A stretch of 64,000 nucleotides of DNA. It comes from Saprospiraceae bacterium (GTDB lineage Bacteria; Bacteroidota; Bacteroidia; Chitinophagales; Saprospiraceae). Below, piece after piece: positions 44,351-52,945 of this stretch. A program made the position numbers and the translations under genes. The stretch lies in assembly GCA_022841505.1 (NCBI GenBank), contig JALHRK010000001.1, forward strand, positions 357 to 64,356, written 5' to 3'. A model generated the notes under the pieces. That model ran no database searches, was not told where the DNA came from, and worked only from the letters and a program-made list of their open reading frames with translations. Each line of letters starts with the position of its first letter. The first letter of the stretch is position 1.

Positions 44351-45694
44351 ATGAATAAATCAATCACAGTTTTTCTGTTGCTGATGGCGACCCTTTTTTC
44401 CTGTACCGATCCAACCAAACTGGGCGCGGACTTACTGGAAGAAGACCAGATCAGCGCCGGATTTACAGATACGCTCTCCCTGATTACCTACACAGTTGAA
44501 GGGGATTCGGTGAGAACTTATACAGGAGCCTTTGCTTCACAACTGAACAGGTACCTGTTCGGTGATTTTACGAGCCCTGTTTTTGGCCGTTCTGCCTCCA
44601 CGCTTTACGTGCAGGCGCGCATGCCCCAGGGCGCAACAGGTTTCGTCGTAGAACCTGGATTTAAAGACACCGATCTGCTGGATTCCATTGTCCTGGTATT
44701 GCCGTATGACACCGCCGGGTATTATGGAATAACCAACGAAGTGTTTGGCATGGAGGTGTTTGAATTGTCTGAATCTATGGTAGATACGGCCGATTATTAT
44801 TCCAATCAAACCTTCCAAACGCTCCCTGTTTCAATCGGCAGCAAATTTTTTATTCCCAAAAAGGACAGTGTGGAGATCGTCACTTACACCGGAACGAACC
44901 CGGATACGGTGAAAGTTCCTATGCAACTGCGTATTCCGCTCAACCAGATGTGGGGTAGCGCGTTTATATTCAGGGACACGGCCACGTACAAAAGTGATTC
45001 TGCGTTTCTCGACTTTTTCAAAGGCATCCAACTTAAGCCGACTTCGCAGAATGGCGGGCTCATCAGCTTCAACCTGAAATCCGCGACCGGAGGAATCTAC
45101 ATTTATTATACCCGCGACGGCAAAGGCCGCGAATACCAATTGCCTTTCAATGCTCTGGCAGCCCGCGTTGCCAATTATGTAAATGACCACAGCGGCACAC
45201 CCGTTGCTAATTTCATTACTAACCAGCAATTAGGGGACAGCCTTGTTTTTGTTCAGGGAATGAGAGGCTTGAATACGGCTATTGAAATTCCGAACGCAGC
45301 AGCACTTAAAGGACTGATTGTCAATAAAGCGGAATTGGAAGTATTTGTAAATGGGTTAGGCAATAACGTGGATTACCCTTCGTTAGAGTTCCTTTCATTG
45401 CTGTACCCAAAAAGCGACAATACCTTTCAGGTCGTCAGTGATATTACCCTGGCTTCTACCCGGAGGTTCAATGTTTTCGGCGGAGTTTTTGAAAAAGGTA
45501 CGTTGGGGCGGCCGGATGTTTACAGAATGAATATTTCCGCTCATTTTCAGGATGTGATTGACGGACTTGTATCAAATAAACTTTATATTACCGCGTTTCC
45601 GAAACCTGAAGACGCAGCGTTTGTAACCTTGTATGGGTCAAAGCATCCACTTTACCCCATTCGGCTAAAGGTTGCATTCACGGATGTTCAATAA
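44351..45694 (+). CDS. DUF4270-like lipoprotein
   Basis: Lipobox-like N-terminus (LMATLFSC). Its position between the glycogen-synthase-like gene and glmS matches the conserved Bacteroidota synteny of DUF4270. Confidence 0.6.
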   Translation: MNKSITVFLLLMATLFSCTDPTKLGADLLEEDQISAGFTDTLSLITYTVEGDSVRTYTGAFASQLNRYLFGDFTSPVFGRSASTLYVQARMPQGATGFVVEPGFKDTDLLDSIVLVLPYDTAGYYGITNEVFGMEVFELSESMVDTADYYSNQTFQTLPVSIGSKFFIPKKDSVEIVTYTGTNPDTVKVPMQLRIPLNQMWGSAFIFRDTATYKSDSAFLDFFKGIQLKPTSQNGGLISFNLKSATGGIYIYYTRDGKGREYQLPFNALAARVANYVNDHSGTPVANFITNQQLGDSLVFVQGMRGLNTAIEIPNAAALKGLIVNKAELEVFVNGLGNNVDYPSLEFLSLLYPKSDNTFQVVSDITLASTRRFNVFGGVFEKGTLGRPDVYRMNISAHFQDVIDGLVSNKLYITAFPKPEDAAFVTLYGSKHPLYPIRLKVAFTDVQ

Positions 45695-45724
45695 ATTGTC
45701 TTATCCACTCAAAACGAGTATCGC

Positions 45725-47566
45725 ATGTGCGGAATAGTAGCTTACATCGGAAAAAAAGAAGCCTACCCAATTCTAATCAAAGGATTGCAACGATTGGAAT
45801 ATCGCGGATATGACAGTTCCGGTGTTGCTTTACTCAGCAATGGCAGTATCAACGTCCTGAAAAAAAAGGGAAAAGTAAGCGAACTGTCAAACTTCGCAGC
45901 AGATCGCCCACACGATGGCACCTTAGGGATTGCCCATACGCGCTGGGCTACACACGGCGCCCCCGATGACATCAATGCACACCCCCATCAATCAGGCGAT
46001 AAAACCCTGGCGCTGGTTCACAACGGCATTATCGAAAATTATGCCCCGTTGAAAGCTGCCCTGGAACAGGATGGCCATGTTTTTATAAGCGAAACCGATA
46101 CGGAGGTTTTGACGCACCTGATCGAAGAAATCAAGCGGCGTGAAAACCTGCCCATTGAAGAAGCCGTGCGTCTTGCCCTTACCCGGGTAGTTGGCGCCTA
46201 CGCCATTGTTGTGGTTGACCGCGACGAACCCGACAAATTGGTAGCAGCCCGCAAAGGCAGTCCGCTGGTAGTCGGCATCGGCGATGACGAATACTTCATG
46301 GCTTCGGATGCCACCCCCATCATTGAGCATACTAAACGGGTAATTTACCTGAACGATGAAGAAATCGTGATGGCAACCCGCGATGGCCGCCTCGAAATCA
46401 AATCCATCGAAAACGAAGTGCAGACGCCGTTCATTCATGAACTGGACATGCAAATCGAGATGATGGAAAAAAGCGGGTTCGACTATTTCATGCTCAAAGA
46501 AATTTATGAGCAGCCCAAAACCATTGGCGATTCCATGCGGGGCCGCCTGAATGCGGAAGAAGGCTGGGTTAAATTGGGCGGTTTGGACGAGTTCACGTCG
46601 CGCATTGCAAAAGCGCAACGTTTCATTATTGCTGCCTGCGGCACTTCCTGGCACTCCGGCCTGATTGGAGAATACCTGATTGAAGACCTTGCCCGTATTC
46701 CGGTAGAAGTAGAATATGCTTCGGAGTTGCGCTACCGCAACCCGATCATTACGGATGAAGACGTGGTGATTGCCATTTCACAATCCGGAGAAACCGCAGA
46801 TACGCTGGCAGCACTGGAATTGGCGAAAGAAAAAGGCGCGATGATTTATGGAATCGTCAATGTGGTCGGATCTTCCATCGCCCGCATTACAGACGCCGGT
46901 TCTTACATTCACGCCGGGCCTGAAATCGGGGTTGCGTCTACCAAAGCTTTTACGGGGCAGGTTACCCTGCTGACAATGATTGCATTGAGCCTTGCCCAAA
47001 AGCGTGGCACCATCAGCGATGAATACTTCCGCAAGTTGTTGAAAGAATTGGGCAATATTCCTGCAAAAGTGAGCAAAGTATTGGAGAGCAACGCGCTGAT
47101 CCAGTATATTGCCGGCGAAATCAAAGACCGCACCAATGCTTTGTATCTGGGCCGGGGGTATAACTTCCCGGTTGCCCTGGAGGGCGCTTTGAAACTGAAA
47201 GAAATTTCCTATATTCACGCCGAAGGATACCCCGCCGCTGAAATGAAGCACGGGCCCATTGCGTTGATTGATGAGGAGATGCCGGTTATTGTGATTGCAA
47301 CCAATAAGAGCGCTTACGACAAAATTGTGAGCAATATTCAGGAAGTGAAAGCGAGAAAGGGCTTCGTCATTGCAATCGTTACGGAAGGCGATACGGTCAT
47401 CAGTAAAATTGCTGACCACACCATCGAAATTCCGGATACCGAAGAACCGTTAACCCCGCTGCTTTCTGTGATTCCGTTGCAGTTGTTGTCCTACCACATC
47501 GCCGTCATGCGGGGATGTAATGTGGATCAGCCACGCAACCTTGCGAAGTCAGTGACCGTTGAATAA
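45725..47566 (+). CDS. glmS: glutamine--fructose-6-phosphate aminotransferase
   Basis: 613 aa with the N-terminal MCGIVAY, two SIS domains and the C-terminal DQPRNLAKSVTVE. Confidence 0.97.
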   Translation: MCGIVAYIGKKEAYPILIKGLQRLEYRGYDSSGVALLSNGSINVLKKKGKVSELSNFAADRPHDGTLGIAHTRWATHGAPDDINAHPHQSGDKTLALVHNGIIENYAPLKAALEQDGHVFISETDTEVLTHLIEEIKRRENLPIEEAVRLALTRVVGAYAIVVVDRDEPDKLVAARKGSPLVVGIGDDEYFMASDATPIIEHTKRVIYLNDEEIVMATRDGRLEIKSIENEVQTPFIHELDMQIEMMEKSGFDYFMLKEIYEQPKTIGDSMRGRLNAEEGWVKLGGLDEFTSRIAKAQRFIIAACGTSWHSGLIGEYLIEDLARIPVEVEYASELRYRNPIITDEDVVIAISQSGETADTLAALELAKEKGAMIYGIVNVVGSSIARITDAGSYIHAGPEIGVASTKAFTGQVTLLTMIALSLAQKRGTISDEYFRKLLKELGNIPAKVSKVLESNALIQYIAGEIKDRTNALYLGRGYNFPVALEGALKLKEISYIHAEGYPAAEMKHGPIALIDEEMPVIVIATNKSAYDKIVSNIQEVKARKGFVIAIVTEGDTVISKIADHTIEIPDTEEPLTPLLSVIPLQLLSYHIAVMRGCNVDQPRNLAKSVTVE

Positions 47567-47629
47567 TCAACGCGGGTTTGACGCCTGTTTTTTTAGCCTT
47601 TAATTTTTACATCAGACATTTTTATTGTC

Positions 47630-48337
47630 ATGGAACATTTTGAAATGGAATACAACTCCCGTCGGGAGGAGCTCATCATACCCGAATACGGCAGGAATAT
47701 TCAAAACCTGATCCGTTATGCCAAAACCATCGAAGACCGGCGGCATCGCCAGGCGTATGTAGAAAAAATCATCAACCTGATGATGCAGATGCATCCACAA
47801 AACCGCAATGCGGACGATTACCGCGAGCGGCTTTGGAAGCATTTGTTTCACATTGCCAATTACGAATTGGACGTGACGCCTCCGGGCGGCATCGTGCCCC
47901 GGCCGGAAGACGCGAAGAAAAAACCGGAAAGGGTTCCCTATCCGAGGTCAGAAGCACGTTTCAGGCATTACGGCAACCACGTGCAGCGCCTGATCGAAAA
48001 AGCACTGGCCATGGAGAAAGGCGCCAAAAGAGAAGGCTTGGTGAGCGTCATTGGCTCGTATATGAAATTGGCTTATAGAACCTGGAACAAGGAACACTAC
48101 GTCAGCGATGAAGTCATTAAAACGGACCTGCTGAGCTTATCCAGCGAACAATTGGTGCTGCACGACGACGCTTCCATTGACGGCTTAGCCAACTCTAACC
48201 GCCGCCGCCCTGAACAAAACCGCAGCGGCAGCAACACGAATCGCCGTCCGCCAAATAACGGCGGGGGGAATCGCCCCTATCAGCAATACCCGAGCAACCA
48301 GTCGCGCAACAACAAAATGATTCGCAAGAAAAAATAA
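47630..48337 (+). CDS. DUF4290-like protein with a low-complexity basic tail
   Basis: IIPEYGRNIQNLI..A..IEDR..R typical of DUF4290, and the conserved position upstream of murA in Bacteroidota. Confidence 0.7.
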   Translation: MEHFEMEYNSRREELIIPEYGRNIQNLIRYAKTIEDRRHRQAYVEKIINLMMQMHPQNRNADDYRERLWKHLFHIANYELDVTPPGGIVPRPEDAKKKPERVPYPRSEARFRHYGNHVQRLIEKALAMEKGAKREGLVSVIGSYMKLAYRTWNKEHYVSDEVIKTDLLSLSSEQLVLHDDASIDGLANSNRRRPEQNRSGSNTNRRPPNNGGGNRPYQQYPSNQSRNNKMIRKKK

Positions 48338-48351
48338 GCGATTTCTATCGT

Positions 48352-48393
48352 CCTCTATGGTTCCCGGGCATTGAAGTTTGGCAACCATAGAGG
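48352..48393 (+). terminator. hairpin after the DUF4290-like gene
   Basis: A perfect 11-bp stem CCTCTATGGTT / AACCATAGAGG with a 20-nt loop, and a weak U-tract. Confidence 0.35.
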
Positions 48394-48432
48394 ATCTGCA
48401 TTCTATTCCTCATATTCTATTCCTGATTCCTG

Positions 48433-49776
48433 ATGCAGGTCCTCAATACTCCTTCTTCCCGCGCCACCTCAGCCGATGCTTTTGAAGTCATTGGCGGAAA
48501 ACAATTAAAAGGCGAAATCATCGCGCAAGGCGCCAAAAACGAAGCGCTGCAAGTCATTTCTGCCGTGCTGCTGACTTCCGACGAAGTGACCATTTCCAAT
48601 ATTCCCGACATCCTCGACGTCCGGTTGCTGATTGAATTGCTGAAAGGCCTGGGGGTTACGGTGAACCGGTTGCAGGAAGATACCTACACGTTTTGTGCCG
48701 CAGGCGTTGACCTGGCTCACATTGAATCTGAAGATTTTCAGCAGCATGCAGCCCGGATCCGGGGTTCGGTCATGATCATCGGACCTTTAGTGGCGCGGTT
48801 TGGAAAAGCATTCCTGCCCAAGCCCGGCGGTGACAAAATTGGCCGCAGGCGATTGGATACGCACTTCCTCGGGCTCGAACAACTCGGCGCGCAATTCCAC
48901 TACAACCCGGATAAAAACGCGTTTACCGTTGAATCGCACGGCCTGAAAGGAAGTTATATTCTGATGGATGAAATTTCGGTCACGGGCACCGCAAATGTTT
49001 TAATGGGCGCCACGCTCGCTGAAGGCACAACCACCATCTACAATGCAGCTTGCGAGCCTTATGTGCAGCAGCTTTGTAAAATGCTCAACCGCATGGGCGC
49101 CCGAATCGAAGGCATTGGCTCCAACCTGCTTACCATACAGGGCGTAACCAGCTTAGGCGGAACCACGCACCGGTTGCTACCCGATATGATCGAAGTGGGC
49201 AGTTTCATCGGATTGGCGGCCATGACACAATCCGAAATCACCATCAAGTCTGTTCAGATTCCTGAACTGGGCATCATTCCGCGCGTTTTTGAACGCATGG
49301 GCATCGCCATGGAATTCCGGGGAGACGATATTTTTGTCCCGGCTCAGGAGCACTACGAAATTCAAAATTTTATTGACGGTTCCATTCTGACCATTTACGA
49401 TGCCCCCTGGCCCGGCTTCACCCCCGACCTGATGAGCATCATCCTGGTTGTTGCCACACAAGCCAAAGGCAGCGTGCTGGTACACCAGAAAATGTTTGAA
49501 AGCCGCCTGTTTTTTGTAGATAAACTGATTGACATGGGCGCGCAGATCATTCTTTGCGACCCGCACCGCGCCAGCGTGATCGGCCTTGACCGCAGGTTCC
49601 AGTTGCGCGGCATCGAAATGACTTCGCCGGATATCCGCGCAGGGGTTGCCCTGCTGATCGCCGCCATGTCGGCCAAAGGCAGAAGTGTCATCCACAACAT
49701 TCACCAGATTGACCGCGGCTACCAATATATTGATACGCGCCTGAATGCGATTGGGGCGGAGATTAGGCGGATGTAG
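48433..49776 (+). CDS. murA: UDP-N-acetylglucosamine 1-carboxyvinyltransferase
   Basis: 447 aa with GAKNEALQV, the KPGGDKIGRRRLDTH loop (Asp in place of the fosfomycin-target Cys) and the C-terminal IDRGY. Confidence 0.95.
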   Translation: MQVLNTPSSRATSADAFEVIGGKQLKGEIIAQGAKNEALQVISAVLLTSDEVTISNIPDILDVRLLIELLKGLGVTVNRLQEDTYTFCAAGVDLAHIESEDFQQHAARIRGSVMIIGPLVARFGKAFLPKPGGDKIGRRRLDTHFLGLEQLGAQFHYNPDKNAFTVESHGLKGSYILMDEISVTGTANVLMGATLAEGTTTIYNAACEPYVQQLCKMLNRMGARIEGIGSNLLTIQGVTSLGGTTHRLLPDMIEVGSFIGLAAMTQSEITIKSVQIPELGIIPRVFERMGIAMEFRGDDIFVPAQEHYEIQNFIDGSILTIYDAPWPGFTPDLMSIILVVATQAKGSVLVHQKMFESRLFFVDKLIDMGAQIILCDPHRASVIGLDRRFQLRGIEMTSPDIRAGVALLIAAMSAKGRSVIHNIHQIDRGYQYIDTRLNAIGAEIRRM

Positions 49777-49785
49777 TTTTGGGTA

Positions 49786-49886
49786 AAAGGCAAGTTTGCA
49801 AATTGGCAAAGTGCAAGTTTGCAAAAGGCAAATTGCCAACTTGCAGATTTGCTAATTTGCCTCTTGCCAATTTGCCCCTTGCCCCT
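49786..49886. repeat. family B repeat, long copy (GGCAA/TTGCC and GCAAGTTTGC units forming an imperfect ~100-nt palindrome)
   Basis: See 18986-19042. It lies between the murA stop and the panD start. Confidence 0.7.
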
Positions 49887-49907
49887 TTTTACAGAAAATA
49901 GGTTAAC

Positions 49908-50258
49908 ATGCTGATCCAGAGACTTAAATCCAAAATACACAGGGCAGTCGTCACACAAGCCGACCTCAACTACGTTGGCAGCATCACCATTGACGAAGAC
50001 CTGATGGACGCCGCCAACCTCATCGAAGGCGAACGCGTGCAAATCGTCAACAACAACAACGGCGAGCGGTTTGAAACCTACGTGATCGTTGGCGAACGCG
50101 GTTCGGGCATGATTTGCCTCAATGGCGCTGCTGCCCGTTTGGTGCAGGTGGGCGACCTCGTCATCATCATGGGCTATGCCTGGATGGAGTTCGAAGAAGC
50201 GAAGCTGTTCAAGCCGAGCGTTGTTTTTCCTGACGAGCGCAACAGAGTTGTCTTGTAA
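49908..50258 (+). CDS. panD: aspartate 1-decarboxylase
   Basis: 116 aa with KSKIHRA.VT and the self-cleavage site YVGS|ITID. Confidence 0.95.
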   Translation: MLIQRLKSKIHRAVVTQADLNYVGSITIDEDLMDAANLIEGERVQIVNNNNGERFETYVIVGERGSGMICLNGAAARLVQVGDLVIIMGYAWMEFEEAKLFKPSVVFPDERNRVVL

Positions 50259-50262
50259 ATAG

Positions 50263-50353
50263 TGTCTGTCTTTAACGGTACGCTCGCGCGATGGCTCCGC
50301 CTCGCGTGCCCTATTTGTCGGGCTCCGCCTGGCATTAACGCTAAAGAACAGAC
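50263..50353. repeat. family C palindromic element, second copy
   Basis: Terminal inverted repeats GTGTCTGTCTTTA / TAAAGAACAGAC, with the core GTACGCTCGCGCGATGGCTCCGCCTCGCGTG...CGGGCTCCGCC shared with 42212-42290. Confidence 0.7.
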
Positions 50354-50394
50354 ATTAAATCGTCCTATAAAATTGTAGGCATAAATAAGTCTCT

Positions 50395-50940
50395 ATGTTC
50401 GGTCTTTTCAAAAAAAAGGAATCCATGCCCCCGATCCGGGATCTGGTTTGGATGAGCGCCGCAGCTAAAAAGCGGGGCGCGCTGGCTTTGATTGCCGCAT
50501 CAGAAGACCCGGTCATTGCCGCCTGGTTCGACGAAACCGTCCAGGAATGGCAACAGTTTCTTGATGACGCGGGCCATTCTGTTCGCGTAGAATCCGTCCC
50601 ATTCCTCCAACCTTTGGATGTGAAAGACCGGAACGTCTTTCTCCTGGAGCATTACCCTCTTGCAAGCCGGGAAACAAAAGTGATGCAAAGCTGGAAGCCG
50701 AAGGACGTGGTCGTTTTTGTTTCAATGGAAGACGCGCTCCTGCAACTTTTTGGCGGGGATAACCTTATCGCCCTAATGCAAAAAATGGGTATGGCTGAAA
50801 ATGAAGCCATGGAACACACCATGATTTCGCGTTCCATCCGCAATGCGCAGGAAAAATTGGATAAAAAGGTGGAGCGTGAGCACAATGCAGATGCTCAGGA
50901 GGAATGGTTTAAGATCAATGTGGAAAAATATCCAAAGTAG
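50395..50940 (+). CDS. stand-alone SecA NBD2 (IRA2)-like domain protein
   Basis: 181 aa that aligns by eye with E. coli SecA from about PMIRKDLPDLVYMTEAEK to [10 protein letters not shown]. The matches are [21 protein letters not shown]...[58 protein letters not shown]. The motif VI arginines are missing. Confidence 0.55.
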   Translation: [181 protein letters not shown]

Positions 50941-50954
50941 TTGATCGAAGATCA

Positions 50955-51090
50955 ACGCCGCCTACACCGCTCGCGCGTAGGCGGTGGCTGAGCTGGCGGC
51001 TGAGCGACTTGTACTGAGCGAAGTCGAAGTAAGTCGAAGTTCCGCCTCGCGTGTGTCATTCCCGCCAGAGAATCTCGGGCTTCGCCCGAT
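50955..51090. repeat. degenerate family C-related repeat cluster
   Basis: A hairpin CCGCCTAC...GTAGGCGG, a tandem AAGTCGAAGT x2, and the C-like cores TCCGCCTCGCGTGTG and CGGGCTTCGCCCG. Confidence 0.3.
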
Positions 51091-51128
51091 TTTGGGGTCT
51101 GCCGGCTAAAGCCAGCGACCACAAGCAC

Positions 51129-52883
51129 TCACTGCTTTGCCACCTTCCCCTGCCAAACTATATTTCCTTCGGCCTTGATGCTACAAAAATACACCCCTCC
51201 CGGCAGCCCCTCCAGATTCAACGCCAACTGTGGCTGTCCTTCTGGCAATTCGCCACAGCGCAGTTCCCGTCCCAGGGCATCGCGCAGCGACCAGAAAGCG
51301 CCGTGCGGCAAGCGCTGCTGCGGCTCGATGACCACGTAATCCTTCGCCGGATTAGGATAGACTCTCACAGCCATTCCATGAGGGGTAACTTCGCCTGTTG
51401 TTGTTACCGTCACCTCCACCCATTCACAATAAGTATCACTCGCATTTTCATTGCTCACGGTGAGGCACACTTCATAAACACCCGGCGCAGTATATTCATG
51501 CACCGGATTTTGCTCGGTACTCCCTGCCGATCCATCCCCAAAATCCCACTGCCATTGGGTAGGAAAAAACAGGCTGTAATCCCAGAAGGTGGCCTCTAAT
51601 TCCTGCTCCGCATGCTGAAACGTTGCCTGCGGATGATGGTCTATACCGAGGGTGTCGCAGGGGCTGCCATCCCAGGGGCCGAGGCCGTAGTAGGGGTGGT
51701 TGGGGATGGAGCGACCAAGATTATGGCTGAAAGATAAGGCATTTTTTTCAAAATTACATGCTAATCCGCTAGCATTTGGATTGTGAATAACGTGTAATTC
51801 TTTAAGGTTATAGCCGGAAACATAAATCTTTTGATCGGGTGCCAACTGGATCATCGCAAAGTCTGTTCCGCTGGGGGGAGGAGGTAATGCATCAATTGTA
51901 ATACGGGATGCGGCGATGTCTTGTACCCAGCTATCGTATTGATAAAGATTTCGATCCGAGGAAAGGTACAAATAGCGGGAATTTGGAGAAAAAGCAATGC
52001 CCCCGTGATAAGCAGTATCTCGGTAAATTAAGTGTAGAGGATTAGATAATAAGCCTGTACTGCGATCAAAGTCATAAATATCGAGATATTGATCTTGAGC
52101 TGCTTTATAAAGATTGAGTTTAGCATACTTGGTGCCATCAGGTGAAAAAACGGCCTGGCCGACCCCTGAAGGAGATGCATTCCCCACATTTTCTATTTCA
52201 AGTTCAGTAACTCCATCTGGTCCAAGTAAAAACCGATGATAAGTATTGGAAAAATATTTAAATACAATGAGCCACCAATCCCGCCCATTGGCATGGCGAA
52301 CAGCAGTTAGTTTTCCCAGGCTGACTTGATTTTCTTCTAAAATAACATTCTTTTCTAAAACCACCCCTTGAAGTTGATTAAAAGAAAAATTAATTATAGA
52401 ATAAAAAAAGGGAAATACACTGGATACAACCTCGTATTCATCCATTTCCTGGTATTCTCTTCTGCCGTGAAAAAGATAGTATAAGCTATCAGATCCGGGC
52501 ATGGGCAAAGCAATTGCGCCCTGGTCAAGGGGCTGCCCATAAGGCAACCAATCATCGGTCATTACCCCCGGGTTCAGCCCTTCCCCGTTCTCGATGATTT
52601 CATGATGTTGGTTCATGATAATAAAGCCGTTAGAAGAAAACAGCAAATTGCCGTCAGCATCGCACATCCCAGTATTAGCAATATCTATATTAATTGTCTT
52701 AGGTCGTTCATGAAGGGAAACAGGAGCATCCTTAAAGTCCAGCCAGAAGTTTCTAGTCTGAAGGCTCATTGATCCCCATCCGAAAGTCCAGATATAATCG
52801 CGCTTTTCACGGATGAAAGCTTGCTGTGAAATAACGAATATGGGCGTAAGGAAGAAAATTGAAACGATTATAAGTCTGATCAT
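51129..52883 (-). CDS. secreted T9SS cargo protein with a PKD domain and a C-terminal sorting domain
   Basis: Signal peptide, a PKD signature (WQWDFGDGSAGSTEQNPVHEYTAPGVYEVCLTV) and a T9SS CTD (VRVYPNPAKDYVVIE...GVYFCSIKAEG). Confidence 0.8.
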   Translation of the reverse strand: MIRLIIVSIFFLTPIFVISQQAFIREKRDYIWTFGWGSMSLQTRNFWLDFKDAPVSLHERPKTINIDIANTGMCDADGNLLFSSNGFIIMNQHHEIIENGEGLNPGVMTDDWLPYGQPLDQGAIALPMPGSDSLYYLFHGRREYQEMDEYEVVSSVFPFFYSIINFSFNQLQGVVLEKNVILEENQVSLGKLTAVRHANGRDWWLIVFKYFSNTYHRFLLGPDGVTELEIENVGNASPSGVGQAVFSPDGTKYAKLNLYKAAQDQYLDIYDFDRSTGLLSNPLHLIYRDTAYHGGIAFSPNSRYLYLSSDRNLYQYDSWVQDIAASRITIDALPPPPSGTDFAMIQLAPDQKIYVSGYNLKELHVIHNPNASGLACNFEKNALSFSHNLGRSIPNHPYYGLGPWDGSPCDTLGIDHHPQATFQHAEQELEATFWDYSLFFPTQWQWDFGDGSAGSTEQNPVHEYTAPGVYEVCLTVSNENASDTYCEWVEVTVTTTGEVTPHGMAVRVYPNPAKDYVVIEPQQRLPHGAFWSLRDALGRELRCGELPEGQPQLALNLEGLPGGVYFCSIKAEGNIVWQGKVAKQ

Positions 52884-52945
52884 GGCTATAAAATAAACAG
52901 CCGGAGCTTCTCAAGTAGAAGAAACCCCGGCTATAGATGATCAAA

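Noticed and set aside
49786-49886. Whether the TTGCAAA/TTGCC arrays (here and at 18986-19042) could be a CRISPR array.
   Set aside because: The units are only ~10-11 nt, degenerate and contiguous with no unique spacers. No cas genes are present in the window.
51051-51599. A 182-aa plus-strand ORF.
   Set aside because: It overlaps the repeat cluster and the 3' part of the well-supported T9SS cargo gene on the opposite strand, and it has no recognisable features.
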